Part shown: in pieces, positions 1 through 12,774 of the stretch
Position numbering within the stretch: the stretch's first letter is position 1
How the letters are laid out: every line of letters starts with the position of its first letter
DNA from: Reclinomonas americana ATCC 50394
Lineage: Eukaryota
NCBI GenBank assembly: GCA_048213135.1
Contig: PS015078.1
Location: 107,327-136,328, forward strand
Direction of reading: 5' to 3'
Length of the DNA stretch: 29,002 nt
Notes under the pieces: generated by a model
Databases searched by the model: none
What the model was told of the DNA's origin: nothing
What the model saw: the letters and a program-made list of their open reading frames with translations, nothing else
Made by a program: the position numbers and the translations under genes

Positions 1-780
1 CCGGCGCTGTCGTCAACATTGTGTGCGCCTGCAACCACATGACAGACTTCACTGTCGATGCGAGCGACGTGTTTGACATTCAGTTCACATTTGCAAGCCC
101 GCTGGATGTGGGTGCGTTCTTTTCTGGTTCCGTCGCACACATCCTCCAGTCGTGGACGCTTTGGGTGCTTGCTGCTGTCCATGTGTTCTATGCGGTGGCC
201 TGGTGCATTCTCTACCGCTGGGACCTCAGCCGTGATCGAGTTCTTCGACGTTACGAGTCGCTCAAGTTGCTGGCACAGGAGAGAGTGGTGAGTACTTGCG
301 TTCTTTGTTTCGCTTGTTTGTGAGTTGTGCGAGTGACTGATCAACAACGCACGCTCAGGCATGGCATCAGCAGGAGCGAGGACCATTTTGCGGGAAATTC
401 AGTTTTGCCGAACTCGTAAAAGAAGTGTGGCGGCACCAGTACGGCGCCGAGCTTGCCAAGGAGGTGTTGCCTGTCGGCTTCATGACCAGGTTAACAAGGG
501 ATGGCAACCTCTCTGTTCTTGAAGCCCGCTACTCACTATACAATCTGGTGGTGTGCGTGTAGGGTTTCAGAGCAATCGGCAGAGACTGGACCACCAAAGA
601 CCAATATCGCGTCTGCCTCGTCAGCTACGGGGAGCTCGTCGTCTGACGACGCGTTGTCGGAGCCCGATGATCGTACTTCATCATCTCTGGCGCTGTCGCA
701 TTCACCACCGTCGTCGCCACTGTCGTTTGCTCCCGACAATCCCCTTCCACACGCAGTACCTCTTGGTGTGACATTGAGGC
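1..780 (+). CDS. 3' continuation of the polycystin-like gene on a reversed segment: second half of GPS motif, first TM helix, cytoplasmic stretch (partial, spliced)
   Basis: Frame reads (A)GAVVNIVCACNHMTDF (C-x-C-x-H-L/M-T-x-F GPS motif), then hydrophobic WTLWVLAAVHVFYAVAWCILY. Probable introns 288-358 (GTGAGT..CAG) and about 490-562. Joins in phase to minus-strand base 801. Confidence 0.75.
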
Positions 781-800
781 NNNNNNNNNNNNNNNNNNNN

Positions 801-3800
801 CCTGGACCTGCGAAACAATGATGGCTTGTTTAGCAAGAGAGGGCATCTCACGGAGCTCGGACAGGAAGCCGTCTTCCAGCACCTTTAAGTACGAGCGACA
901 ACCATCGGCGCTCCACTTGCCCGTCAGTGTCGACCAATACACGCACATGTCGAGGCGCTGCGGATTGACTGCAAGAGTGGTATTTGACGAGGTAGCGGCG
1001 GTGGAATTCGTCGTAGACGGCGCCCCCCGCGAACACATATTGAACAGCGGTACGAGCTGAACAGATGTGCTGAATGTGTAGCTCCCCGGGTTGCACGACT
1101 GCATGTAACGCAGCGTGTTGTTCTGTGCGCAGCAGCACTCTACTGAGTGAGTATCGCGTCTGGAAGAGAGAGAGCACAGCGGATAGGAGCACCGCCCACC
1201 AGCTGCCCGGCGATCTGCTCGCCCAGAGTCCTGTTCGTGCCGCCGAGTTGAAAGTAAAACCACTCCGTCAGATTTGATACTGAGATTGATGATGAATCCG
1301 CCGCGTCAATCAACTTGAAGGTGTGGATGGAGGTGAGCAGCTGGGCTGTCTTGTTACTGCCCTGATTCACGGTGCCGGTACCAAGTGCGTCGTACGGATT
1401 CGTGCCGGCAGCGAACATGGTCGAGATGTACACGGCACTGTCACTGCGCCCACCAACAACGGACGCAAATGAACGCGGAAAGGCGAAGGATGAAGCCGCC
1501 GATGTAGAGTCGCTTGCAGCATCGAACTGAGGCAGAGCTTCCAAGACCGTCGTCGCGTTGTTGTTGTCTACGAACTTGACGGCGCTGGCGGCAGTCGGTG
1601 GCTGCTCGGCTGAGAAGTGCGCTGCCTCCATTGTGAAGGTGGAACCAACAAAGCGAGCAGGTGCATCACCGGGAACCTGCGGTTGGATTGCATGTCGAAA
1701 TGTAAGACAAGAAGGCGTACTGCGCGAGCCCCTCTTTCAGCATACCTGCACCGCCACCGCAGTGGTGAGCACTTGCTCTGCCGACTTTGTGAGTCGGCTG
1801 CCCAAGGGACTTGTATCCACAACTTGAGCGATTCCGGGCAGTGTCGCAGCGAGGCGATCGGCAAGTTGCAGTATCGTAGCAGCAGGCGTATTCTGACTCA
1901 CGATTGATGACTTCGACACGGCCTCGGATGATGAAACAATGGCTCCAATGACCGCGATGCGCTCCGTTTGAGGAAGCTGCGGCAGCGCACTACGGGGAGA
2001 AGGCAAGTGAGTGCACAGACGAAAGGTTTGAGGAGACGAAAGGAGAAACGCACAAGGAGCACAGATTGAGGCAACTGAGCAAGCCAGTTACAACGCGCGG
2101 CATATCACTGGGGCGGAGCAGCGCGGTCGCAGTCGACAACTGCGTGGCAACAGAGACCATGGCCGCATATGTCGGCGTACCACCGGCCAGCACTGCTGTT
2201 CGACTATCGGTCTCCTCCAGCATCGCAAGCAGATAGTATGCGCGCGCCACCACCTGCGCAGCATCTGCGCTGTCACGGAGCGGCATCGCCGACAGAGTCG
2301 ACACACCCATGACAAATTGCTGTTGGAGCTGCGCGGATCCTGCATTCGGTTGCGGGCTGACGATGACTGTGGTGTTCAAACTCGCCCTGCGCCAATCACA
2401 AAGGCATGTTGGTGAACAGGCGTAAGTGTGAGCGTGAAATGGTACCAACTTACGAAACTTGGATGCCACGCCAGTCGCATCACTGACTTCCACTTGAACG
2501 GACACGCGGTATTGGTCGTTTGGATCACCAGCCTCCAGGGTGGTAACCAGCGTCGAGTTCAGCTGCATGCCGAGGAGAACAGAAGTGCCCGTTCGCACTC
2601 GACTGTAGAAAAATGTGTAAAATAGCACCGCACCGGTGCCGCCGCTCCCCGTCGGTGCAGTGATCGTATAAAGCGTGGATCGCTCAACGCCCTGCTGCGG
2701 CGTCGCCTTAATCGAACCCGTGATACTGGGACGCGGTCGCATGGCCACCTCGAGTGTAGTGCTTACTAAAGTACACACAGATCAACTGGTGCAGTCAACG
2801 GAGGAAATCGACCCAGCACCACACGCAACACATGGATCCTCCGGCTTGTGCAGCGTATGCAAACTCGTAGCGTGCGCCAGCATCCAACACACCTGCCGCG
2901 ACGCGTAAAGCAATCGGCAGCGAGCGTGAGTTCTGCACGATTTCGAATTTGTCGAGAGAGACAGCGGACGCGGTGCGCAGATCTGCGTCACAGTGCAGAA
3001 GTGAGCAATGCGCGGGAAAGGGTACAAAAGCGCAACACACACCGGTGACATTGAATCTGGCCGTCACATCTGATCGATCGGCAATTGCACCCGACAAGAC
3101 GGCGCGCACAACAAACGGCTCCATCCAGTTGCGCAACTGCGAAGAAGTTTCGCCGACACTCGGCTGCGCCTCAGTGTGGTGAGCATTCGAGCAACGATGA
3201 TCACTGACATTCACACCGGTAAACACGTACCACTAACAAATACAAGGAATTTGAGGCGCCGTAAGTGATGGAGGAGCTGGCCGTGGCCGAGAAGCTGCCT
3301 CGTTTGGCCAATACAGTGAATGCGTACCTGGTGCACGTCGAAGAAAATAAGAAACGTGAAACAGAGTGCATTTCACCGACGGTAACTGCTTTCGAAACGT
3401 TCCGTTCCGCATGCCACCAGGTCCCACGATGTTGGTCAACTCCGGGGTGAACGACAAGCCACAAGCTTCGGCAGCGCCAGAGCCCAAGGCGGAGAAAAAG
3501 ACACAGCTCCAAGAGACAGCAAGTGGAACGGCCNNNNNNNNNNNNNNNNNNNNTACACACGCAAACACGTACAACACATGAGAGAAGAAGGCTCGTACAT
3601 CTGTCGATCGATATCCGTGCTTCAGCCTACCGACGCAAAAGACGACCGATTATCCAAGTCGACGACAGTCGCCGATAGCTCTACCTTCGTTCCCCATGAG
3701 TACATTCCACCATCGCCGGAGAGCGTGACTTGCAGGCCTCGTGGTACTGTTCTGTGCGGTGAGCCAGCTGCATGCCCCTGGAACTGATTCCATATAGTTG

Positions 3801-5440
3801 CAGCGACGCACCATACACTTGAATCTCCCAGCCACTGCGTTGCTGAGTTCCATCAGCCTCGAAGGCCACTAGCAGTGTGGTTGCTGTTGCGTTCGAGTTC
3901 AACAAGAGATTAAGCAGTGTGTGACACATATTGTGGCGCTGCACAACAGACACAACTGCCAGAGAGCTCAACAGGTGTGCCAATGCGGTCGCCTGAAAAT
4001 GATGCCACAAGCGTCGCCGGCGACTCTCCAGCATCACCGGTGTACACTCGCACCTGGTCCTTGTTCACCTCCGTGTCGATACGCATGACAGACAGAAACA
4101 TGACGCTGGCACCCGGGGTGACGCTGTTCACCACCCACCGACACGAGGTGTATGGGGCATACGCGGAGGCAGTTGGTGTGCCATCGGTGATGGACGTGAT
4201 GGTTCCCGCAACCGCAGCAATAGTGGTGCGATCTTGGCACCACTGTGGCGGCTTGACAACTGCAGTGTGCAGAGGAACAAGACAGGTGAGAGAGGAAAAG
4301 CAGGATGTGAACGATTGCGTCACTATGCGANNNNNNNNNNNNNNNNNNNNNNNNNNNNNNNNNNNNNNNNCTCGTACCAATGTCGAAGTTGAAGGCCGTC
4401 ACGTATGGCGCCGTTGGCGACCATCGTACCCGCATCGAGTAAGGGCCCGCCGCGACGCCGAGCGATGGTACACGAAGGGTGATCGATGAGTTGTTGATGT
4501 ACGTGCTAGAGACAGGTATGCCCGCGACAAAGTCACTGGAGCCCCTGACAGAGATGCGAAATGAACTAACGTCGGCCGTCACGTCGAAAAAGGAAACACC
4601 GGTTATCGTCATCAGGGTCGAGGCTACCGTGTTGTTGAAGATGACTGACCTGTCAACAGATGTGACAGAGGGAGTGGACACTGCGACAACAACATAGAAT
4701 AAGCTCAACGTAGGCTCACTCACAGGCATGCGGTGTCACTCCAAACAAACCAATGTTGAGTGAACACACAGTTTGCCGTGGCGACACACTCGACCAACGA
4801 ATTTTCAGTGGAAAAGTCCCCCTGACAGCGTTTGTCGGCAGCACCGACACAGTCATGTACGTGCTGTCGACGAGCGTGACTTGCAACGTCGCCGTCACTG
4901 CACCATCGATTATGACCGCGTTCGCATCGACGCTCACATCCAGCAAGCCAGTGCCATACACCTTGACCACAGTCGCGACTCCGGTGTCATTGAACACATG
5001 CGGCACTTCCACAGACGTGACTTGGCCGGGTGCAACTGACGCAGCATAAGACATCATAAAGTCAGTACTGGCTCAATCACTGACTCTCAGCACATCCAGC
5101 CATGAACGCAACGGACGCTAATGGTGAACGCCGAGTTGTACGGTGACACAGTCGACCATCGCACCTTCATGGTGTACGTCCCCGCACTCGCTCCATTCAC
5201 AAGCACGCCGAGCGACATACTCGTGCTGCTCACAAACGCGCAAGCCACCGTGATCCCAGAAGCAAACGTGTTCGACCCTGCCGCAACAGCACCCACTGCG
5301 CTGCTGTCGCCACACACATTCAGCAGCCCACTGCCAGACACATTCACCGTCACCGCACTCGTCGCATCATTCAAGAACACAGTCTTGTCCGCCGCTGTCA
5401 CGCTTCCCGGNNNNNNNNNNNNNNNNNNNNACCGTACGTA

Positions 5441-5529
<89 letters not shown>

Positions 5530-8500
5530 CGAGCACACACAGTCATTCTCCTGTCAGATCCATCTTAACATTCTCTCTCTCTCCCAACGCAACAGATGCT
5601 CATGCTGAACGCCGAGTTGTATGGCGACACGGTCGACCATCGCACCTTCATGGTGTACGTCCCCGCACTCGCCCCATTCACAAGCACACCGAGTGACATG
5701 CTCGTGCTGCTCACAAACGCGCAAGCCACCGTGATCCCAGAAGCAAACGTGTTCGACCCTGCCGCCACAGCACCCACTGCGCTGCTGTCGCTGCACACAT
5801 TCAGTAGCCCACTGCCAGACACATTCACCGTCACCGCACTCGTTGCGTCATTCAAGAACACAGTCTTGTCCGCCGCAGTCACACTTCCCGGCGACACTGT
5901 GCACGCACACACACAAAGAGCACACACAGTCATTCTTCTGTCAGATCCATCTTAACATTCTCTCCCTCTATCCCTCTCTCTCTCTCTCTCTCAACGCAAC
6001 AGATGCTCATGCTGAACGCCGAGTTGTATGGCGACACGGTCGACCATCGCACTTTCATGTCGTACNNNNNNNNNNNNNNNNNNNNNNNNNNNNNNNNNNN
6101 NNNNNNNNNNNNNNNNNNNNNNNNNNNNNNNNNNNNNNNNNNNNNNNNNNNNNNNNNNNNNNNNNNNNNNNNNNNNNNNNNNNNNNNNNNNNNNNNNNNN
6201 NNNNNNNNNNNNNNNNNNNNNNNNNNNNNNNNNNNNNNNNNNNNNNNNNNNNNNNNNNNNNNNNNNNNNNNNNNNNNNNNNNNNNNNNNNNNNNNNNNNN
6301 NNNNNNNNNNNNNNNNNNNNNNNNNNNNNNNNNNNNNNNNNNNNNNNNNNNNNNNNNNNNNNNNNNNNNNNNNNNNNNNNNNNNNNNNNNNNNNNNNNNN
6401 NNNNNNNNNNNGAACACAGTCTTGTCCGCCGAAGTCACACTTCCCGGTGGCACTGTGAAGAGAATGAGGCTTTGCAGTATTATCATAGACATGTCTTGTG
6501 AGTGCACGCACCGACAGTGAAGGCAAATGTCGTCGAGTAGGAAGACTGGAGCACCCACCGGATGCTGAGTTGATACGTCCCCGGGGACAGCGAAGGGATC
6601 ATGACTGTCATGGACGTGCTGTCCACGAACGTAGTTACCAGTGAAGTGGTTCCCGCGTCGTTGAGTACGCAAGCGGCAGAGTCGGCAGCTACCGACTGCA
6701 TGTCCGAGCCAAACAGCGACAACGGAGTGGCGACGCCGACGTTGCCGATGACGGGCAGTGGAGTCGCAGAGGAGATGGTGCCAGCCGTGACTGTGAGATG
6801 CAAGCGCCACGTTAGGTAACCCTTATCACTTCTGAGTGCACACCAAGTAGCACGCACCAACATCCAGAGAAAAGGCCGCGACATACGACGCCACCGGCGA
6901 CCAGCGTACAGCCACACGGTACGAGCCAGCGCTGACACCAGTGACTTCCACAAACAGCACCAGCTGCGTGGAAGAAACGGTTGCTGCTGGTGCCCAGCAA
7001 CGGAACCCTGAAACTGGAGTCAAGATATAACCCAACCCAACACCGATGAAGGCGAGCGCATCGGTGTCGACAGAGACGTTGCTGAAATTGGAACCAGTGA
7101 CGGTGATTGTGGTGGTAACGGGTGAGAGAGGGCTGCTGACAGCAACACTGGCGTCAACGGTGGAGACAACTCCGGGATCCTCTGCGGTATCGTGGGGGAA
7201 AGCAGAAACCTTGAGGATTCCTTTTGTGCGACACACGTGAAGAAAGGAAGCAATGCTGACGCAACGAACGGTGAATGTGAAAGCAAGCGCATATAGTCCC
7301 TTCGGCAACCACCGAATCCACAAGTAATACGTTCCGGGTGCGGCCGACGATCCGAGAATATTTACCGTTGCTTCAGCGGTGTTGGTGAACACGAACGAGG
7401 TGGTGATCGATGACGCCATATTGATCATCGAGTTACTGGTCGAGACTTGCAATGCACCCGAGTCGGCCGACACGTTCAACAAGTTTGATCCGCGTACAGT
7501 GAAGGGCGTACTGACAGTGACGCCAGTGATGACTGACACGGCGCTGACCGACGTCACAACAGGGCGAGTGACTGTACAGAAAGAATGAGCGTGGATATGC
7601 GTGCATTCGGCGTACGTGATCGACGGTACAGCACAGCACACGCACCGATTGTAATGGTGAATGCGAAGAGATACTGGGAGGTTTGAGACCAGCGAATGAG
7701 CATGTTGTACTTTCCAGCAGCAATCGTCGTCGCGGTGACCGAAAGCAAAAGCTGCGAGGCGCTGAGTGCACCTGTCACCGCGATGCCGGAAACAGGCGTC
7801 GAAGAGAGATCTGTTACTTGGATAGCCGAGGCGTCCGATGATACGTCAGAAAATCCGCAGCCGGATAAAGTAACAGTAACTGGTGACGAAGTGTTGTTGA
7901 TGAAGGAGGTAATGTCCACAAAAGTCACCGAAGCTGCAAGAGCGCAGCAAAGTCGTTGTCAGATGAGACGGCACGCTGTGTCCGTGGATAGTGGTGACGC
8001 AACGGTTATCACAGACAACTCGAATGCTGTTGTTGCCAGAATCCGAGAAATACAATACCCCGATCGCTGCATTGTACTCCATAGCACTAACGGTGGAAGA
8101 TAACTGTGGACGGAAAGACAGATAACACTCGTCAGTCTGCGTACCAAAGCACCATGAATGCAGAGTGGATAACGACAGCAAGAGAGCAAACCGTCGCGCT
8201 CGGGTACACGCCATCGGCACGCCCAGTGGAATTGATGTTGCCAACAGCGTGACTAACAGTCCACACTGCAGGTGTGCTGCAGTTAGTACAAATGCGTGCA
8301 CGGTCGGGGACTATGTAGGTGGTCGCACGCATGCTCACCGCCACTGGTGACGTTGGTAAGCATACGAATCGTACGGGCAGACTGTGTAGATGTAGATTAG
8401 CACGAAGACAGAGATTCCAAGAAAATTAAGGGCTACTACTCAACGGTATCGGCAAAAAAGAACCCGGTGCCGTTCGATACGAGGCCGCTGACTATACCGA

Positions 8501-11500
8501 CAGTTGCAGACTGTCCTTCCGTGGTCCTTTCCAGCACAATTGTCACACACAGAACAAGAATCGGTATCCTAACAAACAAACAAACCCGAGTGTGCCTGTG
8601 CCTGCAACTGTCGAGACAGAGTTGCTCGCCAGATCCACCAGTCGAATACGAAAGTTGGTACTGTCGGCGATGAGCAGCTGTGTCGCGGAGAGCCAGGCTA
8701 TGCCAAAAGGCTTGTTGAAAGTGGCGGCAAGGGCTGCGCCGTCTAGAAAGCCAGCCACGCCAGTTCCTGCAACAGTGGCAACAGTGCTGGTTGCGAACTG
8801 GACTACTCGCACTCGATAGCCCTGTGTGACATTATTTCCAAGTCAGTCAAGACGCTCGCAATTGTCATCGTGTATGCACTCGAGACGCAACAGTCGCATC
8901 GCAAAAATAAATGTCTTCGCCTGTCAGCGCGCGTGTCATGTGAGTCGGACCCATCAGTCGTGCCGCACTAAACGAGCCGTCTACGAGCGCGGCGGTGCCG
9001 TTGCCGACAACCGTGGAAACCGTTTGCCCAACAAGGTCTACCTTGCCAATGCGAGGTGCGGTCTGGTCAGTAAAGTAGAGCACATTGCTGGTGGAGTCGA
9101 ATGCTAGGCCATAGGGACTTTTCAGTTTCGCGACACCGACGGCACCATCGACAGTTCCCAGAATCCCGGCAATGCCGGCCACCGTTGACACAGTGCCTGT
9201 TGTGGAAACCATTCTAATTGCGCCGTTGTTTGTGTCTGCCACATACAGGTCGCCGGTAGTTGCCCTCAATGCCAGGCCCGTTGGCCCGTTGAATCGAGAG
9301 CTCGTAGCAATGCCATTGGTAGTTCCTGTTGTGCCGCTCAAACTCCCAGCTATGGTACACACACGAGGTGCCACTGATGCCACGGAGGACACAAGATTAG
9401 TGCACCTTGCTCTGTCGAGGACAAGACAACTGAGACGCAACAGAAAACAATGGTGCCAATCACCGTAGCCGGCGCAGTTGAATCGTCATCAAAGCACACG
9501 GTGTATATGCCGGCTGACGCAGCCACGCCGATAGTTATCGTAAATCGTGTCGAGCTCACATAAGTGACTGTTGCAGTGAGCGTGCTGGTCAGCGAAGCAC
9601 ATGAGCTGCCGATGCCGACTGTGACTGCAGAGGATCCGCGCGCTGTGACGTCTGGGAGTCCGACACCAAGCACGGCAACCACTCCTCCCGAGCGCGCATA
9701 CAGTTTCGTGGGCGACAGACTGTCCACGCGCCACATCCGAAGTACGGCTTTCTGCACGAAAGGTGTTCTGCCCATGCGTATCCGATAACACAAGTTGAAG
9801 TTGCCCGTCAGCGCGTTGGTGGTATCGATGCTGAGAACAACAGTGCTCGAGTCGACAAAGTTGACGCCAGTTACGCTCGGGTTCGTGCTCGGAACAATTG
9901 CGGCAGTGCAGTCCATTGTCGACTGCACCAGGAGATAGGCATACGAGATTGATGACAAATCCATCAGTGAGCAGCCGCGAATGGTCACTTGCTGCGTTCC
10001 GGAGTTTGGGGCCAGTGCGTGAGGGGTCAGGGTCAAAACAGCACCTGCAAAGGTTGTAGAGTGCCTTTCAGAGACAACGTCAGTCTGAAGAGATGGGGGC
10101 CGCTCAGTGGCGACGCAACTGCCGACGTAGAGAGCGTCGATTCGTGGACCAGAGCCCTGCGTGCACTCGTGTGTAAGTAAGAGAGTGGTGACTGGCCATG
10201 GTGGAGAAACCACAGCCACCGCAACTGCGTACGGTACAAACACCGTGGCGCCATCAAAGTCCACAAAGGGGACCTTGGGGCTTGTGATGGACGAGGCCAG
10301 TGTAGACACGTAGCCATCGACTGTCATTTCGCGGACGGCATTGTTGGACTGCACAGGGTGAGTATCATGCATCGGGAGTTCCCAAGTGAGGCACACAGCA
10401 CACACCGTATCGGCAATCACAAGAGAACCCCACTTGTCGAATGCAAGACCGCCAGGAGACGAAAATAGCGCGCGTGGCAGCGCGCTGACAAACGCCGACC
10501 ACCCATCAAGGAAGCCCCAAAGACCAATACCGGTGCCAGCCTCCAGCTCCAGTGTGTTGGTGGCGAAGTTTGCTGCAAGGATCGCATTCGTCGCATCTGC
10601 AACGTAGACTGCACTACTGTCGGGCGAAACAGCGACTCCAGCAGGCTGCTTTACGGAAGCCGGGAGAGTGCCGGTAACTGTCAACGAGGTTCCACTTCCA
10701 GCAATTGTGGATACCATTCCTACTCACGGTGAGTTCACGGCGCACGTAATGAGTGAATAACATATCACGAAACGGACTGATTACTGCACGCAACCGGAGT
10801 TCGTATCGACAAGGCGCACGCGGTTGTTGCTGGAATCGCTCGCGTACATTCGACTGCCAGTGCCAGAGAGGTAGGTGACGGTGCCGAACTTTGCGCTCGC
10901 AAACGCTCCGTCAACTGCCGATGCAGAAGACCCGCACGTTCCAACAAACGTGGAGACTGTGCCGTCCGCCGCCGCTCGGCGAATGCAGGAATTGTTGGCA
11001 TCCGCAATGTAAAGGTTATCCGAGTCGAGGATGAGTGCACTGGGTCCGTTGAACTTGGCAGCTGTACGATATCCGTTTGTGGTTCCCGAGGAACCGCTGC
11101 CGGCAAAGTCGTAGACATAACCGGAGGGGGTGATGCGACGAATTTTGTGCGTATTCTGTGAACACATGCACGAATCAGTTTCAGGTCGACTGCTGTACCT
11201 CCTATTTATGCTCGGGTGCTACGCAACGCTGTCGCTCACAAACCACCCGCCGTCGCTGTCACGCACGATTCCGAACGGGCTGTTGAACAGAGCCTGAGTG
11301 ATGGCGTCGCCGTTGGTCGTGCCGACTGTCGAACCGCCGGCCAGCGTGCACCGGCCAACGGCAGTCACTTGGAAGGAACCATCGACCGCCACGTACGCAG
11401 AGGTGGGTGCCCAGCGAATGCACATGCGATACACACCAGCCGCGAGAGATGTGACCTTGGTGAACACAATGGTGGAGAGTGCGACACGAAGACCAACTCG

Positions 11501-12340
11501 GTGGTGCGTTGACGCCGTCCGCGGTGGTTTCTCTTCCTCTGCTGTCCATGGTGTGGACAGGGATGATGTTGGTGAAGTTGTCGACTTGCCGCTGCTTCCA
11601 CTCGGTGGTGAATATCCCGACACAAAGTTGGGGGCCGCACACGCCGACCCCTCGACAACGAAGCCCACCATGCCGGTATCACTACTGTTGTCGATCAACT
11701 CAGTCCCGGTGATAGTGAAGCGGCGATACCTGTCGTGCGTGAGAGGCGGCGGGAAAGTGAGTGCGGGACAGCGGGAAAAAGGAAGGGTGAGGGAAGGAAA
11801 CTCACGGTGCAGTGGAGACGAATCGGGGAGTCACAGAGGTGATGGTGGTCGCCAGAGTTTTGTACTTGCTTTCCGTCGCCCATGAGGGAGGAAGGACGCC
11901 TGCCGCCAACAACCCCGTAAGCAATGCATCGCATGAATGTGCGACACACAGACACATTCACTCACCATCCATGTTGACAAATCGGATGTCGGGCGCCACA
12001 GCCGCCCTCCACTGCGATGTTGACCGTCGCACACACACGAGACACACAAGTGAAACAATGAGCATTCGGATGAGCATCTCTGTGGGGTGGTACGAGCCGC
12101 AACTTTGACGCCGTTGTCATCGTCATCCTCTCTGATACCGCGCTCATTGCCGCTCACGCATGAGATTGTCGCACACGAGAACAGGAGCATTGCAAGCAGA
12201 AGGCACAGTGGTGGTGACAGCAGTGGCCAGAGAGCGCTGTCTCGGCAACGGTGCTGGCGCTTCCGTCGCCCTTGTCCGCCGCGTGCGATCAGAGGAGGAG
12301 GAGCGCATGAATGCACTCTCTGCACCCCCATCACAGACAT
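801..12340 (-). CDS. Giant multi-exon polycystin-1/adhesion-receptor-like surface protein (signal-like hydrophobic segment, two NHL-repeat blocks, about 12 IPT/TIG-like repeats, CUB, REJ-like region, GAIN/GPS)
   Basis: NHL motifs (AKFNGPSALILDSDNLYIADANNSCIRR; FNGPTGLALRATTGDLYVADTNNGAIR; FNKPFGIAWLSATQLLIADSTNFRIR). Repeated roughly 100 aa beta-rich units (P.VTSV...VSGSGLL...GTY.MKVRWS). CUB (YAPYTSCRWVV..IDTEVNKDQVRVYTG..FSG). REJ-like (GSIKATPQQG..TLYTITA..YTFFY..VEVSDATG). GPS first half CVYWSTLTGKWSADGC at about 895-945. Start codon (12340 or 12331) and some exon borders are uncertain. Confidence 0.8.
5113..6452 (-). repeat. At least three near-identical tandem copies of a 303-nt IPT-like exon
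   Basis: 5113-5410 and 5594-5896 both encode PGSVTAADKTVFLNDATSAVTVNVSGSGLLNVC...GTYTMKVRWSTVSPYNSAF. Both ends of a third copy flank the gap at 6066-6411. The intronic string TCAGATCCATCTTAACATTCTC also recurs at about 5554 and 5941. Confidence 0.9.
5444..5528. repeat. (CA)n microsatellite, about 42 units, intronic
   Basis: Direct reading of the sequence. Confidence 0.97.
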
Positions 12341-12774
12341 GAACGAGAGAGAGAGAGAGAGAGAGTGATAGCGAGAGGGAGGAGGAGGGCAAGAGCACCA
12401 CAGCAAGAGCGTGCGACGAACAAACGCACAAAACTTGCATATTTGGCGCGAAACATTGGAAAATACAGTCCCCATGGATCGTGGCATGGCCTTCGCGGCG
12501 ATGAGTCTGCTGCACCTGCGCGCACACCACCACCACCAACAACAGCAGCAGGAACACAGGCTCTCCAGTCCAACACGTCACAGCGAGGCACATCGAAATA
12601 TCGACCTAGCAAATCGCGTCGGTACTACACCTCGACTCCAGCGGCCTCCAAGGTCCGCCGTCGCCGCAGTATGCGAGCTTGGTCCACCACGGCCAGCCGC
12701 CGACCTCCGGACATGCGACAAATTTCGCCACTCCATTGCGATCAATCGACACTCTGATCACACACTCACGCACC

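Noticed and set aside
5113-6452. Tandem repeats as a CRISPR array or mobile element
   Set aside because: They are coding exon duplicates with no spacers, terminal repeats or transposase.
12416-12593. MCLAVTCW..LLLLLVVVVCAQ as an upstream signal-peptide exon
   Set aside because: The hydrophobicity comes from CAC/CAA/CAG triplet repeats, and I could not establish a splice to the downstream exon.
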